Source: Paraphysomonas bandaiensis
Taxonomy: Eukaryota > Protista > Chrysophyceae
Length of the DNA stretch: 64,000 nucleotides
Reading direction: 5' to 3'
Assembly: GCA_965644295.1 (NCBI GenBank)
Contig: CBFFRP010000094.1
Location: 107,008-171,007 of the forward strand
In this document: in pieces, positions 1-14,000 of the stretch
Position numbering within the stretch: the stretch's first letter is position 1
How the letters are laid out: each line of letters starts with the position of its first letter
Program-made: the position numbers and the translations under genes
Notes under the pieces: model-generated
Told to the model about the DNA's origin: nothing
Databases searched by the model: none
Seen by the model: only the letters and a program-made list of their open reading frames with translations

Positions 1-1897
1 TTGCAGCTAAACAAGAGGACCTCGCGAATGAGATATCTGGTGATGATGGGGCACAGGCAAAACGGGACGAGATGGCTGAGAGACAACGAGAGGAGTATGC
101 CAAGCGGGGCATCTCCTTAGTAGCTTTTGAGTCGGAAACGGAACACCCTTACTTTATCAATCTTGATGAGGACGCATTCCGATCGAATCGTTTGATGTAT
201 ATCATTCAGAAGGAGTTGACAGTTTTTGGAGCCAAGGGGGACATCCAGCCTATGTCTTTTCAGGTCGTTAAGGAGCATTGCTCGGTGAGGTTTGATGGGG
301 AAAACATCTATATTATAGGAGGGAGGGGAGAAACCTTTCACAATGGTCACCTTGTCCCAGAGGGTACAGAGGAAGTTATGCAGTTGTACGACCGCCTCGT
401 TCTCGGCGATCAGCTCATGCTTCTTCGATGGAAATGCAAAGAGAGTGACTCAGACCAGTGTATGACCGCCGAGGAAGCAGTGGAAGAGTTCCAAGAGGGC
501 ATGATATCCAGTCGAAGGAACCAGGCGGCTGAGGGTAGTGGGGGACAGGCTGCAGCGGACTTTGAAGAGGAGAGAAGGAAGATACTCGCCGAGCGGGAGA
601 AGTGGGAAGAGGAAAAGAATCAAATGGCAACCCAGCGTAACGAGCAAGACTATCAGCGAGCCATGGCCTCTGTTGATAATGCTATTCTTGATCTCCTTCC
701 GAAGGCAAAGGAGGCGAAGCAAACAGTAGACTTGCTAAATCGCGTTACAATGACTTTCGATGTTGTTCTTGAGAAAGGCACTGACCACGTGCCCAAAGTT
801 AAGGTAACTTTATTCCTTAATCCAATTTAAAATAATGATAAACGCCTTTAATTTAGCTAAGTGTGGAGAACAGCAACCCGAAGTTATCAATTTTAATTGA
901 GCCAACAGATTTTCTTCCGAAACTCTCATTGTTGAAAGATGAAATGATGAAGTTGCGTGGTGCTATTGAGGGGGGACGGGAGTACGAGCTACCATCACGC
1001 CACGACCCCCTCTTTCTTATGTTCGACAACGATTTCCATCTCGGTAAATTCTTTTGCGATGTGTTATATTTGCTGAAATGCGTTTGATATATAGGCACTG
1101 CGACACATTGGCCGGAATACCTTCTTTACAATCTTGAGACAGACCCGGAGGAGAAGCAGCAAGATATTAAAAATGCAGCCGTGCCATATAATACCGTCGG
1201 CCTGCTGGAGGTGCTCTGGACCCCACTAGCAGGGCCTAATGAAGAGGATTGGAGTAAAGAACCACCAGATATTGATTCTGAAGAAGATCTTCTTGGGAAG
1301 TCGTGGACCTACCGTTTAAACATAAAAACCGCCTCTAACCTGCCTGTATTCTGCGAGCAAGCTTACGTGGAATACCAGTTCTTTGGAGAGATCTTTACGA
1401 CTGAAGTCGTTGAACAATCTACATTTTCCCCGGTATTCGATTATCAATATATTCATCATGTGGACAAGGTTACTCCAGAGTTTGTAGCCTTTTTGAAGGG
1501 GAGTATGGAGATGTATGTCCATGTCACCCAACATGTAGACGTTCCGTCTGGGGAGGTGTTGGGAACCAAGAACAGTATTGTTGTTGAGAGCATTAAATCT
1601 GGTGTTCCGAAAGGATATGAGGTATGGTTGTTGTGCATGAACCTTTGAATTCTTCTTATATTGTTGTGGCGTGGGTAGGTTTCATCTGATACTACAAAAC
1701 CGAAAAGTGACGTTGAATTAATGAACGAAGAGCTGAAAAAGCGACTTGAGGAAGTAACAGAAGAGAACGTTGCCCTCAAGAAAAAAGTCGAGGAATTAGA
1801 GCTCAGAGTTCAGCATTTCGAGAACGAACATATATCGAAATCGAAAAGCCATTTGGCGGAGGCTATCATGACTGATTCCGTTGTGAATGGGGAGTGA
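1..1897 (+). CDS. Kinesin-3-type (KIF1/KIF13/KIF28-like) protein, C-terminal part: FHA domain, coiled coil, C2-like region; 5' end lies outside the window
   Basis: HPYFINLDED...HC.V...TFHNG...L..YDRLVLG matches the kinesin-3 FHA. Introns at about 804-856, 1044-1095 and 1622-1678 join the ORFs. The last exon ends SVVNGE*, stop at 1895-1897. Confidence 0.7.
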
Positions 1898-2640
1898 TAA
1901 GGTTTTGCAACTACACTCCGATCCATCGTGAGGATCTCATTGTTTTGTTTAGATATACTAAATCCTTGCTGTTAAGGTAAATATTCTTGAGTTTTAGGGT
2001 GTTGTCGCATGAGAATATGCTGTGTTTCAATTACCTCCGTCATGAATAACGACACGAAAGAATTCGTGCAGACATCAATATTATAATGTTGAAACAAACG
2101 ATTTTAATACAAAGAATTATAGCACCAGAAATGCCACGTTTCTTGGAAATACTTTCTGACTTTTAGAATTTTGTGTATAAAACTGAATTTTTGATGGCGT
2201 AAGAGGCAACTCAAGCCAATCTACAGCAAAAATAGTTCACTTGTAAGATGATGCATATGTAGCAAAATTGGGCATAACAAATATAGATCACTTAGGAGAA
2301 AGTAGTGTAGGTGTAGTAGTATGAGGAGAGATGTAGATGGTAGTTATATTCAGATTAGAAATTAGAACATATGAGTATTAAGACCAGATATAGGGTTGGA
2401 GTATGCTGGGACTATCCGTACAACCTATCGTACTACCTATTCATATATTCATACCATTTGTGTACATGGAAGAGGAAGATACAATCATTGATATTTCTAC
2501 CAGTGATGCTATAAGACACCCCTAGTCGCGTCACATATTCTAGAATGTCACAAATTTAGTTTTCGAATGTTAAGTACAATGTAAAATAGTAAAACAACTA
2601 GAATTAATTACTGGAAATACCATACATGGCGTACTCATAG

Positions 2641-2805
2641 CAAACGCAGTGAGCAAGCAGAATGTAGACACACGTGATATCAACTAACTTCAGGATTTTC
2701 CCCATCTCATGGAGTTCTGGATAAGTACTGGAGATATTTCTCCGGGAAACTAACGTTTAGGGTTAGGGTTAGGGTTAGGGTGCGAGGGCAACTTTGTTGA
2801 GGGCC
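2641..2805. mobile_element. Rearranged, decayed copy of dispersed repeat family A
   Basis: 2641-2700 resembles 62819-62878. 2720-2756 resembles 59598-59625 and the reverse complement of 63100-63120. 2779-2805 resembles 48475-48500. Confidence 0.6.
2757..2780 (+). repeat. Interstitial telomere-type repeat (TTAGGG)4
   Basis: Four perfect TTAGGG units read directly. Confidence 0.9.
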
Positions 2806-3088
2806 TCAATTCATATTCTACCAACCAGATTGCATATCAACTTATTGGTAAAATATATATAATATGTAGTAGAAATGCGAGCGCTAATAATAATAGCAAA
2901 AAATGCGAATATTATCTAATAATCAAAGTTTTCTTCAATTAGTTGTCAATTATTGCAAAATTATATAGAAATTATTTGATACTGAAAAAATAAAATAGGA
3001 ATGCATATATATGTAACTATTACACACAAATTTTATATATAGCTAGTTCATGGTTCGAACTTTCTATATAGGAAGTGTGCGCAAAACC

Positions 3089-3970
3089 CAGGGTTGCGTA
3101 ACAATTTTAATTGCATATATATTAATTGACGCAGGTTTTAGTCAATTATAGTTGCAATTATTACTTCATTCTTTCTGTCGCAGTTAGTTGAGATGCAACT
3201 AATAGCAATTTAATTGATACTAAAAACTATGTATTCAAGTAGCTATATACACATTAACAAGCTTGCTCAACTACTGTTATTTCATCCAAGATGAGAGAAT
3301 ATATTATTAATTCGATCCTTACCGTCCAGGTAAGTGAGACCTTGTTGCCACCTTGAATCTTCACGACTTCCTTTTCGAAGCAGCGTTATGAATAATAATG
3401 TTCATCTTCCTCCTGTAATTTTATTGACACTCATTGAAAGAATTTCAAGTCGTCCCGAAATTGCACTAGCATGGATGTTCACCTGAAATTTCACTTGAAA
3501 TTGGACTTAACACAGAAAAATCAAACGTATGACAGCAAGTGGCCAGATAGAAACAAATACCGGTCAATAATTACAAAAAGTGGAGTCCCTTCTGCTGGCA
3601 TTTTGATAGACTACTGTGCATAAGAGATCTTACTACGAAGAAACGTATATGTCATCTTCACTATTTATTTGTATAAAACAATTTCGATGTTAAAAATGAT
3701 TATTCACTATAATGAATGATTGATTTTTGCTTCTGCAGTTGTCTGACTTTCTCTTAGGCGTCGTCAATGAAGCATTTTCTAGAATCCAGCAAATTGTATA
3801 ATCCGTATTTCAGTTTCATAATAAATCATATAGAACTTTAAACTCTTAACTAGCTACACTCCAATTATCCCTTGCCTGTGTCAAATTGACGGCATCTTTT
3901 TATCAATTATAATAGCAACTATGATTTTCTGTCCCAATGTCAATTAATGAAATTGATATATGCAGCCCTG
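3089..3970 (-). mobile_element. Non-autonomous/decayed hAT DNA transposon
   Basis: Ends are CAGGGTTGCGTA...TATGCAGCCCTG. Flanks gcaaaacc/acaaaagt match 5/8, a possible old TSD. Internal minus-strand segment 3320-3400 matches the transposase remnant at 61985-62060 (IIHNA.FEK..KIQGG). Confidence 0.6.
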
Positions 3971-4553
3971 ACAAAAGTAAGACAGTGCCCTAAGAACTGA
4001 AACAATTGTCGCACCACTACTGCATACTTTGTACACCCCATAAATCCCAGTGCAAAAACTCTCGAAATTTTGTAATTGTATAAGGATAGAGTAAAGACCA
4101 TTGCAGGTAGGCCTTGTATTCGCTAGGTCGCTAGGTACACTGCATTCCACTCCTGATTAACATGCACATTAAAGTGAATATTACTATAACAAAGCGACTA
4201 TATTTAAAGGCTTTGGTACCACATTTCGATGTAGCGGCTTGACAAATATAAAAATGTGCCAATACGTCTTGTATAACACCAACATATATATATTTATATG
4301 AAAATTTTATTGACGATGTCTGTCATAAAATTCTAAATAATCACCATTACAATTGAATACAACCTGCGTCAATTAAATGCTACGCATCCCTGATACTAAA
4401 ACGGCTTTTCATATCAAATATAAATTTCAGTTAACTCATTATTACTTCACTGAATTTCGTTATTCTTCCATTGTACTATCACCACACAGAAATTCCAAAA
4501 AATACCTGCATTGGTGTTTATACTGCCGATAAAAACTACTCCAAATTGTCTTC

Positions 4554-7500
4554 TTAGACTGCATTTGGCGAGCTGGACCTGTCGGGAATCGTTTCTGAGG
4601 GACCAAATGACACTCGATTCGAAATCGGCTTCTTGTCCTGCACTTGATCCACTTGTGATGCTCTCTCAACAGCAAATACCTCTCCCAGGGCATGTGGAGA
4701 AGGACCTGTGCGTTTAAAAAACTGAATAGTCTCCGTTTCATCTCCTAGAACCACATAATACATTCATAAGGTCAGAGCATGGAAAATTCTACAACACCTG
4801 TCTTAAGATTCTTCTTAACGGTTACAAGTCGTAGCCTAGAGTCCTTTCGGGCAACAGTGGTTCCCCCAACAGATGGGGCATCCTCGAGATACCGTTTCAT
4901 TATGAGCTCATAATCCCTGGATTCAGGAATTCTAATTCGCACACATGGTCACCACGACGAATGCCTCGATATGTAGCATACCTTTTCTGTACTAGCGCCT
5001 CTCCTTCCCAGTAGCATCGCTCGATGAACTTACGCTTATTGACCTGAAGAGTCACAAACCGCAGTTTCAATACTGGACTGCATATATATCACCACACTGT
5101 TCTTACCACAGTTGATATGTAGTCCGCGCCAATGCGATAAGAATAGTCAGCACTTAGTGGACCATTGTTCTCCTGGACGATACATCAACACATCGATACA
5201 AGCAAACAAATAGAAATGATTTACCTGAATCCTCACGCCAGAATAGAATGGAGGATCCATTGTGATGACATGAGATACTGCAACTGAAGAAAAGCCACCT
5301 AAAAAACCTACAAGACAATGTGATACCCTATACATATGCTGGGTGGTGGTAGTACCACTGGAAGCAGCCCCCGATGATCCCATCCCATCTTGGCGGGTCC
5401 ACACACCAGATATATCCACCCTTATTTCACTAACGTCAATATTACGAAAGTGAAGTAGAGGATGCATACCGCAGAGAAGAACTAAGACTTCTCTTCTTTA
5501 AAGACCCTACGTCACCAGCGTCACCAGATTGGTTTACATCGCGGCTGCTTTGCGGAGTCCTCTCCCACTCAAGCATGCCACTGCTGCTACGCTGGTTCTT
5601 GTCTTCGCAACTCTTGTCTACATTTCCCCCGACATCACTACCAGTTGACTCGATTTTTCCTTGAGTATCATTGTCAATCTTGACAGATGGTTCTGGTGGG
5701 GAATCTACGTCGTGAAACACAATAATGGGCACATCATGAAATGACATAAAAAATTACTTGGTGAAGGCCCCGTTCGCTTAAACCACGATGTTCCCGTAGT
5801 CTCCTGGCCAGTGGCGTGATCCTTGTAGGTGGCGACCTGCGAGATGTCAGCAGGTAGTACGTATATATATTTGTATATTCTATATATATACCATAACAAG
5901 AGTAGGCTCTCCACCAGTATCTTCAATAAATCTCTTATGAATAAGCGTGAAGTCATTGTCTTCATGAACCCTGAATGCAAAAGTAAGCAATACAATACGA
6001 AAATTGCAGTGCAGCTCACCTCGTCACTTGCAGAGTAGGCGGGTTAGAATCTGTGATCCAGGTCGCAGTATCATTGAACTTTCGCTTCATGATATTCGTG
6101 GGCATGGGGGGAGTGTCAAGTGTATATAGCATATCACTGTTGAGAGGTCCACCCACTTCCTGTTCGAAGTAAAGGTGACAGCAATATCATACCCACGCAT
6201 ATCACACCTGTAGTCTAAAGGCATTTAGATCTGGTGGGTTCATGGTGATGGTGTGAGTCATTGCCATAGACGTCGCAAGCTTACGCTGCACAAACCCTGC
6301 CCCTTGAGCACCTATCCATTTTCAATTGTAGTTAGCTGAATGCGGCGCTTGCTCAGTCATAGCGATTCCTCACCAACATATGAGTCTACATTGTGCGTTC
6401 TCGTTCTTTCCCAAACTCCACTTAGGTCAGTTTTTCCCGAAACTGTAGACGGAGTTGCCGATGCAGCGGTTTCGGCGTTCTCTTCATTCGCCGCTTCTGT
6501 AGATACTCGGCGCACAGTCGCTGGTAGAGGGTTTGGAGACGGCCCAACTTTGTCGAAAATCATGCTACACTTAACCCGCTTCTCAGGTGAAAAACTGTGA
6601 TATGTTGCATCCTGATTCCAGGTTAGCACATCACAGTTGCAAATTCAATGTAATCACCTCATGAAGTACTTCGCCATTGTTCTGTAACGTACACAAAATG
6701 ATCAATTCATACTCCTTCCCCGGAAGGGCCAATCTATTCGAAGAGTTAAATTGGCGACATATACTGCGTTAAACCACCCACTCTGTGATTTGAAGCACAT
6801 CAGGGGAGTGCCATGTTGCACTACAGAGGTAGTTTTTCCCGTTTCTAACCATCTCTACCGCATCACCTCCAATAACCATGGCAATATCAGTCGTTATCGG
6901 CCCCCCTTTCTCCTGAAAAAAAGTTATAGAACATACTATAACTGTAGCAACTTACCTGGACCCTGCACACTGTGAGCTCTTTGTCCATGGTAATAGTGTG
7001 GACCATCTGGACAGACCCCGTTATCTTCCTCATTACGTAAGGCAAACCCTGAGCCGCTATACACAACATAAGTCGTGGGGAATTAGTGGACACGAATGAT
7101 GAAAATACCTGCGTAATCATCAAAATTCACGACTTTACCGCGCTTCCAAACACCAGAAAAGTTAACACTTCCCTTCACTTCACTACCAGCAACACGCAGA
7201 GACTGGCTCGATGACAGAAAGCTGCAGCGAAATTGCAATTTTAAATGGCTGCTACGCCTGATTAAACATGCTATTCTTACCGACGCTGCGATGAATCCGT
7301 GTTGGACTCGGAAACTTCCACACCAAGTGCGCGTTTCCAAGTATTCCATGTGTTTTGATCGGGGAGCTGGAGCACAAACACAAGTCCACACAAAAATATC
7401 GGGGGGAATTTAAAGTTGAGATAAATAAGCGATGCAGCAACGATCATCACAGCGGCGAGGGTTGCTTGCAGATTACTGCCAACGGCAGATATTATAACCC

Positions 7501-10387
7501 CTGTCCCTTGTTTTACAATCTCGACTAAGACAGAACCAGTCGTAGCGTCTTCTTTCACCAGTGGGGATCCAGTTGAATTAAGGCTCTTATCACCTGATGT
7601 TGTAGCTACTTCAATTCGAGGTTCTGTTGTCGGTGACTTCATTCCCTCAGATTGAGATTTCACGTCCTCGACCAGGGGCTTATAAAATGCCGTCGTTAGC
7701 TCACTATGCACAATATTTAGCACCGTATAACACATTAAAATGACACTCACTCAAAGTGGTCTCTTAGAACACGGTGGCCCAGAATGAGATAATCTTTAGC
7801 ATTGAGCTTTTTGAGGCGCTTACAAATTTCAGTTTGCAAAGGAGACGGTGCCGGCTCTGAAGGTAACACAAGCAAACCCTGGTATTATCTGTAAGAGACG
7901 CGAGTTTAATTCTGCAAACCCACAATACTTACTGGAGTGTAGACGCCTTTATCAGAAAGCTTTTTCCACACCACGAAGCTACGAGAGAAAAAACTTGGGG
8001 TACGGTGCTCCTTCTTCTTCTTTTTCGAACCCTTGGACGGCCCTTCAGATGTACCCTCAGTCTCTGAGGAGCGAACTCCTGCTTCGACATTAACTACATT
8101 CTCTGCACCCAGAAGACATTGTAAATACATGTTCGGCTGGAAAGATGAACAGGACTCTACATATGCATCAGCACAAGAGATGAACGCACCTGCTGCTGCA
8201 AATTCATCCCGGCTACTCGAATACACAGTAGCCTGCTGCTCCTCCTCAGTAGGGAATCTTACTACAGCAGAGAATTTGCTATTGTAACGCTACAGACCAC
8301 CAGGTCAGCTAACAAATATCAACAATAAGGTTATACCAGAAGTGATTCCTCCTCCATGTCTTCCATAGTTAAGTTCTTGTTCGCGCCGGCAATCTTTCCA
8401 CTAAAACTGGCGCGTTTCTCTGCCTTCATGACCACCCCAGGAGACATCTCATACGCACTCCTGCCCTGGCGCATAGGGGACAGCACTATTAGAGCAGAAA
8501 AGTGCCGGAAATCCAGCAGTAGTGTAGGATCGGTAATCCCCACAATGTAACTGAATAAATAGAATTAGCACGAGGCATGCAGATTGATCCGTCCGTACCT
8601 CCCGCGCTCTGCACTTCGAATATTATCGCCCACAGAAGCTTCTTGCTACATGATATATACACATAAACAATAGCTATACTCCAGATAAGCTGCTTCTGAT
8701 AGTGTATTACCTTGCGTTTCTTCTTAACGGCATCTGCAATCAAAGACACGTCCGAATCATGTTTGGAGATGAAGGGTCGGAGATTATCTCCGGCGTACCC
8801 ATTCAACGGGGTGAGTACCAAGGATGAAAGTGCAATCACCATCTTCATATTACCATAAGTCCACAACTTCACGACTTGTGAAACATACCTGCGAACATGC
8901 ATCTGGGGTTGAGGCGAGTACAAGAACATCTCTGCCTCCCACAAGCAGCTCCCATAAGGTCCACAGGTGTGGGATAAGGCCATATGGGCCAAACTGAGAT
9001 ATTATATTCGTGCCACTTGAAAACGAAACCGCAGGACCTAAACTGAGGGAAGAGAAGTCAAGGCTGTTCTTGGTGGCAACAGGGCGGGGAATTGCTACAG
9101 TGAACTGGAAGATCTGCAAGGGCATGGCAAACAGTCACAAAACAGTGTATAAAGGGTGCTTAAAGTCTGTATTACATCGCCGAACAAAGGTAAAGCAAGC
9201 GCACCGGAGTACGCAGTCCCCCCCCCTTCCTGCAAGATCAAGTCCAGAATTGGCCAGCTATTTATTTGCTCTAATGTCACCTCGAAGGTCTTTTGGATAC
9301 CCTCTTTGACACTATCATCTGCACACACAGAACTGAGGAGAAATATAATAAGAGGCAAAGTGGCTGCAGATATTACAACATGTAGTGCACCACATCGAAT
9401 CAGTATAAGTACCCACCGACTCCCTCCTTGTGCCTGACATGATAGAGGGTTGTCTCCAACGTAGAGAGAATGGAGTAAGCTAGACTTGGTATCGGCATAC
9501 GCGACACCAATACAAGCGACTGCTGTTGCAGCTCACTTCTGGACGCCCTCAACGCCACAGATTGCCTGTATGAGACAAAGCAGTATAAAAGCTCAGCTAG
9601 AGCACGCTCAGAGTCAGCTGAGTCGTTTCCAGGAACAGCAGTCCCCCTATTGCCGGCCTTGGTGGTGCGCACAGTGAAGCAGAAGTTGTAGTCAACTGTC
9701 TCTTCCTTTTGCTGAGACATATGGGACTGTGGTATTGACATGGAGACAATATCCTCAACCAGGCATGGCGGGAGCTGAAATAGCAATGTCAGATTGGAAC
9801 ATGTTATTAAGTTCATCGCCATAACCTGTGAAGGAAACATAGAATCCACAGCCGGCCCATTCTCACCGCTTGCCACAAGCAAAACAGCATCAACCCAACC
9901 GGAAGAGTCATCTGCATCATTCTCACTTCCCGAAAAACTCTGGCGACTGGCAATTTCCAATTTCTCCTTATCATTAAATTCCGTATCTTTTGATATACTG
10001 ACACGAGGAAGGGGTATCGTTGCAGTACCTCCGTTCATGACAGTTGTGTAGCAATCGACACAGGCCTAAATAACAAAGTTACAACCTTCTAAAAATATTT
10101 TCGATTCTTACCCTCTTAAGAATTCCATTAATAACCAGCTTGCAGTTACTGCAGTGTGTACAGAACACCTGCCCGCACTCTCTGCAGTGGTGTTTGCGGT
10201 TAGTGAGAGTGAAGGCGGCAGAGCACTTATGGCAATTCTTCACTTTAGAGCTATCGATCCAGTCGGAACGTCGTCGAGAGGCAAACTCTTGAGCATCAAA
10301 CGTGACACTTCCTTTACGAGATTTTTCCCCCTTGAGAACAGTTGCGACGAGATCTGGATTACCGGATATGCCGTACTTCTGAGCCAT
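4554..10387 (-). CDS. Multi-exon protein: FYVE + DENND6-like DENN + hydrophobic segment + three FABP/lipocalin-like repeats
   Basis: FYVE: WIDSSKVKNCHKCSAAFTLTNRKHHCRECGQVFCTHCS...ACVDC. DENND6-like: LWTLWELLVGGRDVLVLASTP, LRPFISKHDSD, VGITDP, LRDHFDELTTAFYKPL. Repeats start NFSGVWKR/DLSGVWER/DISGVWTR and end F(K/D)(R/K)xGPSP. Confidence 0.75.
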
Positions 10388-10604
10388 CTGTGTGCCCTCT
10401 GTCACAAACAACCCTCTGAGTCCTTACGATCTTTCGATAGAGTACAATTGACAAATTGCAGCTCTCACAGTGACACTGCGGTGACAGTAATCTTCAGGTA
10501 ACTGAGAGAGCCCAACACACTGCATGATATACGCCCCCACATGAATAAACACACACTCCAGATACACCATACGCATACTACTGTACTACCAAATACAGTA
10601 TGTC

Positions 10605-10873
10605 GTATGTATGTATGTATGTATGTATGTATGTATGTATGTATGTATGTATGTATGTATGTATGTATGTATGTATGTATGTATGTATGTATGTATGTAT
10701 GTATGTATGTATGTATGTATGTATGTATGTATGTATGTATGTATGTATGTATGTATGTATGTATGTATGTATGTATGTATGTATGTATGTATGTATGTAT
10801 GTATGTATGTATGTATGTATGTATGTATGTATGTATGTATGTATGTATGTATGTATGTATGTATGTATGTATG
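10605..10873. repeat. (TATG)n microsatellite, ~67 units, in a divergent promoter
   Basis: Pure array between start codons 10387(-) and 11066(+). Confidence 0.97.
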
Positions 10874-11065
10874 GGAATGGTTGTGGGTACGTATACTGCT
10901 GTAGTATGGTGTACTTGTTGTTTGAAAGTCTATCATTGTTGTTGTTGTTATTGAGGTGTGGGATATAGAAGTTACTTGTGTTAGATAATGCTCTAGTTGT
11001 GTTGCTGCAATCTGCTCCTCTAGCATTGGTCAGGGGTGGACTCGTTGCAGCTGATAATAGTTATC

Positions 11066-14000
11066 ATGAGCGGTAAGAGTTACCAGTCCTCCCTGTATAA
11101 GTATGAGCAAGAGAGGATTCGTTCTTCCCTCAAGACTCTATTCGAGTATGTGGGGGACACTGTGTACTTAAGCTTGAAATCTGAGTCGGAGATTGAGGGC
11201 ATGCAGCGTCTGGCATTCTCTCGACTGACTTCTCACAACTACACCTCTCCAGATAACAGCAGTAGCGAAAGAAGTCTAGAGGGGATCAGAGAGAAGCTCA
11301 AGATCAATGGCCGTCATAAGGAAAGGTCGATTGAGCTATTGTTGTTGTGGGTTTGAGTAACATATGTTGCAGCAAGCTTTTGGCCGACATATGGGCCTTT
11401 GTATCCAGTAGTCACGGAAGTGAACTAGATCAGCGTGCACTTACACTATCCTCAGATATATCGATTCCTCACAGAATGATAAAGCTTATGGTTTTACTGG
11501 CAAATTCCCCTTCCCAGCCTGGAAAAAGCAGTGACGTGGCATATTTCCCAAGTTTATATGTTGATAGCGGATCTGTTGCTCAACAAGATGGAGCTAATGT
11601 GCATATTGAAGGTGACGAAAGTGATGACGAGAGGATAGAGAAAGATTTAGAGGCTCTACAGGAGTGGAAAATGGAGTGCGAAGAGGAGGAGGACGAAAAA
11701 TTCAGTGACGATGAGGACGAAGAATATTGTGATGATAGATGGGTGCAAGTAGAGAAGAGTAATGGTTATGCACAATCTGTTTCTGTGATGCAGAAAGATG
11801 ATAGCACCCCCAAGGTTACAGTCGAAGTATCATGGGAAGATTATGAAGAGGATATATGGTGGTCAAAGTCTGCCACATTACAGTATGGCGTTGACCTTCT
11901 CCATCCCAGCCATGCAATATCGTACCGCCATACTACCCCTTCCTACAGCACGTCATTACTGCCTGAACTGCCAACACCACTTCCCCCTGCTGTTGTTTGT
12001 GCTGAGGATGCAATATGCCGAGAAGTGCTACACATGCTCTGTGGGGCGACTTCTGAGATGTTCGTACCGACTCACCCACAGGGAGAGGGTAGTGCTGAAA
12101 GCTCTGTCCATGTACGGTTCCGTCTCTCTCCTGCAGCCAGTCGTGCATCGCTTCTTCACATGTCTTCCCTGGCACTGAGATCACTGCTTCAGTGGTTTAT
12201 AAAGCTGGGTAACTTCGCCCAAAGTATCCGTGCATCTCTTGATTGTCAATCCCCATTCATCATATCATCTGTATCGGAACGGCAGTCACAGGATGACAAC
12301 AGTCCCCCTGCACTTGTGGAGGCTCAGGCTAGCGTTTTGCAGTCTGTGAGAGAAATTATGGAAAGATTTGATACTCATCTCGCGCAGCTTGAAATGTGCT
12401 TGACACGTACCCCCACTATTACTACTCTGATTGGGCTTCATTCTACTCTTAGACCTTGGATGAAGTTGCTGGGCTCAGCTGCAGGGTTAGGTCGAACGGC
12501 CGCCACCATGCGAGGAATTGCTTGGGAGTTCGCCCATCAGCATACGCTATCATTTCTCGCCCAACTCCAGACTGATGTGGATGCCACACAACTTATTTTA
12601 ATTCACCCCGAAGTATTAGACTCTGTGAGTTCTTATAGCTCCCACCCTGCAGAGAGGGAAATTAATATACACATTCCGATCTACAGTTCCACCCACTTCG
12701 CATACGCTCACCTCATGCGCTGTGCTCTGGCGTCTCTCTGTGGTAGATATCTGGAACAGATGCTGGGATGGGTATTTAGCGGCGGGGGAGCTGATATTTC
12801 TGATTCTGAAAGTACGAATACAGGTAATTTTTGTTGTGTCCCTTGATCAGTACTATATAAATTGCTTATATCAACTGTATCGTGTCATAGTGTCAAGCAT
12901 GAAGTATCGAAGTCGCGGCGCGGCTATTTCTTTCGATCGCTATGATATTTCTGTATCTCCACCTCCGCTTTTCACTGGTATCATACAACATGCAGCATCA
13001 AGTTCTAGTGATGCTCATATCCTCTCCAAGCATCATCACGGGCGTGAGCACTCTCGGTCGACAAGCAGGTTGTTCTGGGTGTCTTATATACTCGTTTTTG
13101 GTGACTGTTTTGCTTGTGCTCTGTAATTGTAACTAATGGTGAGTGATACAGGGACTTTCTCTCATCAGCAGAAAAGAGTATATCTGGATGGCGTCATATG
13201 ACAACAGTGTGGGAATCAACTCAAGACTTTTCAAGCCGGATGTCATCTGCAGTGCATGATGGCACATTCGATGAGAAAGATATTAAGATAGTCAACGGTG
13301 ACTGTGTTAAGTATAATTCGAGTGGTTTTATATTCGGAGATTCCGCACCCAGAACTGATGTCATTGCACGAAATTTGATCAGAATAGGCGCAACATTGAA
13401 ATCACATAGGCTTACTGCCGAATCTAAGCCTTTTGTTCCACCAAATACCAATGGTGAAGCCCGTGACTGTGGACGCGTGTCGTGTAGGTTGTTGGCCGAT
13501 ATTTTCCCTTCATGCAGTGTGCTTATGCAACATATGGTACTGCGTCCCCTACATGCGACTCTCGAATGCACTCAGCGACAATGTGTATCCCTCCTTAATA
13601 GCGATAACATCAGAATGGTGGATAATTTGGTATTTATGCAGGAGGTGTTTCTGCTTTCTGGAGCAACGGGTATATATGAACCTCTGAGGGCTCATCTTTT
13701 ACTACCCCCTGCTGCATCTAGTGCCCCTCCCAGGAGAGGAAGACAGTCAAAGTTTGATGAGACTGCAGTTATCATAGCGTCTAGTATAGAGGATAACATC
13801 TTGGGTCGGTTTCCGGGCACGTTCTCCAGCAATTTAGTCTCAGTATCTCTTCCCGTCACTCCCCGACAGACCACCTCAAGTGCAGGGGGCATGCTTACCC
13901 AGGTCATCAATGCCTTATCTATCGAGATTCATTTTCCGGCGCCTCTTGTAGAAATTCTTCCTGGAGAGGCAGTGGGCATATATAGAGAACAGCTTCGTCT

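Noticed and set aside
2757-2780. True chromosome end
   Set aside because: Only four units, with genes on both sides.
10541-11026. (MYVC)n and (HTYI)n ORFs over the microsatellites (also 35405-36169 and 46411-46806)
   Set aside because: TATG/CATA repeats lack stops in all frames, so these are translation artefacts.
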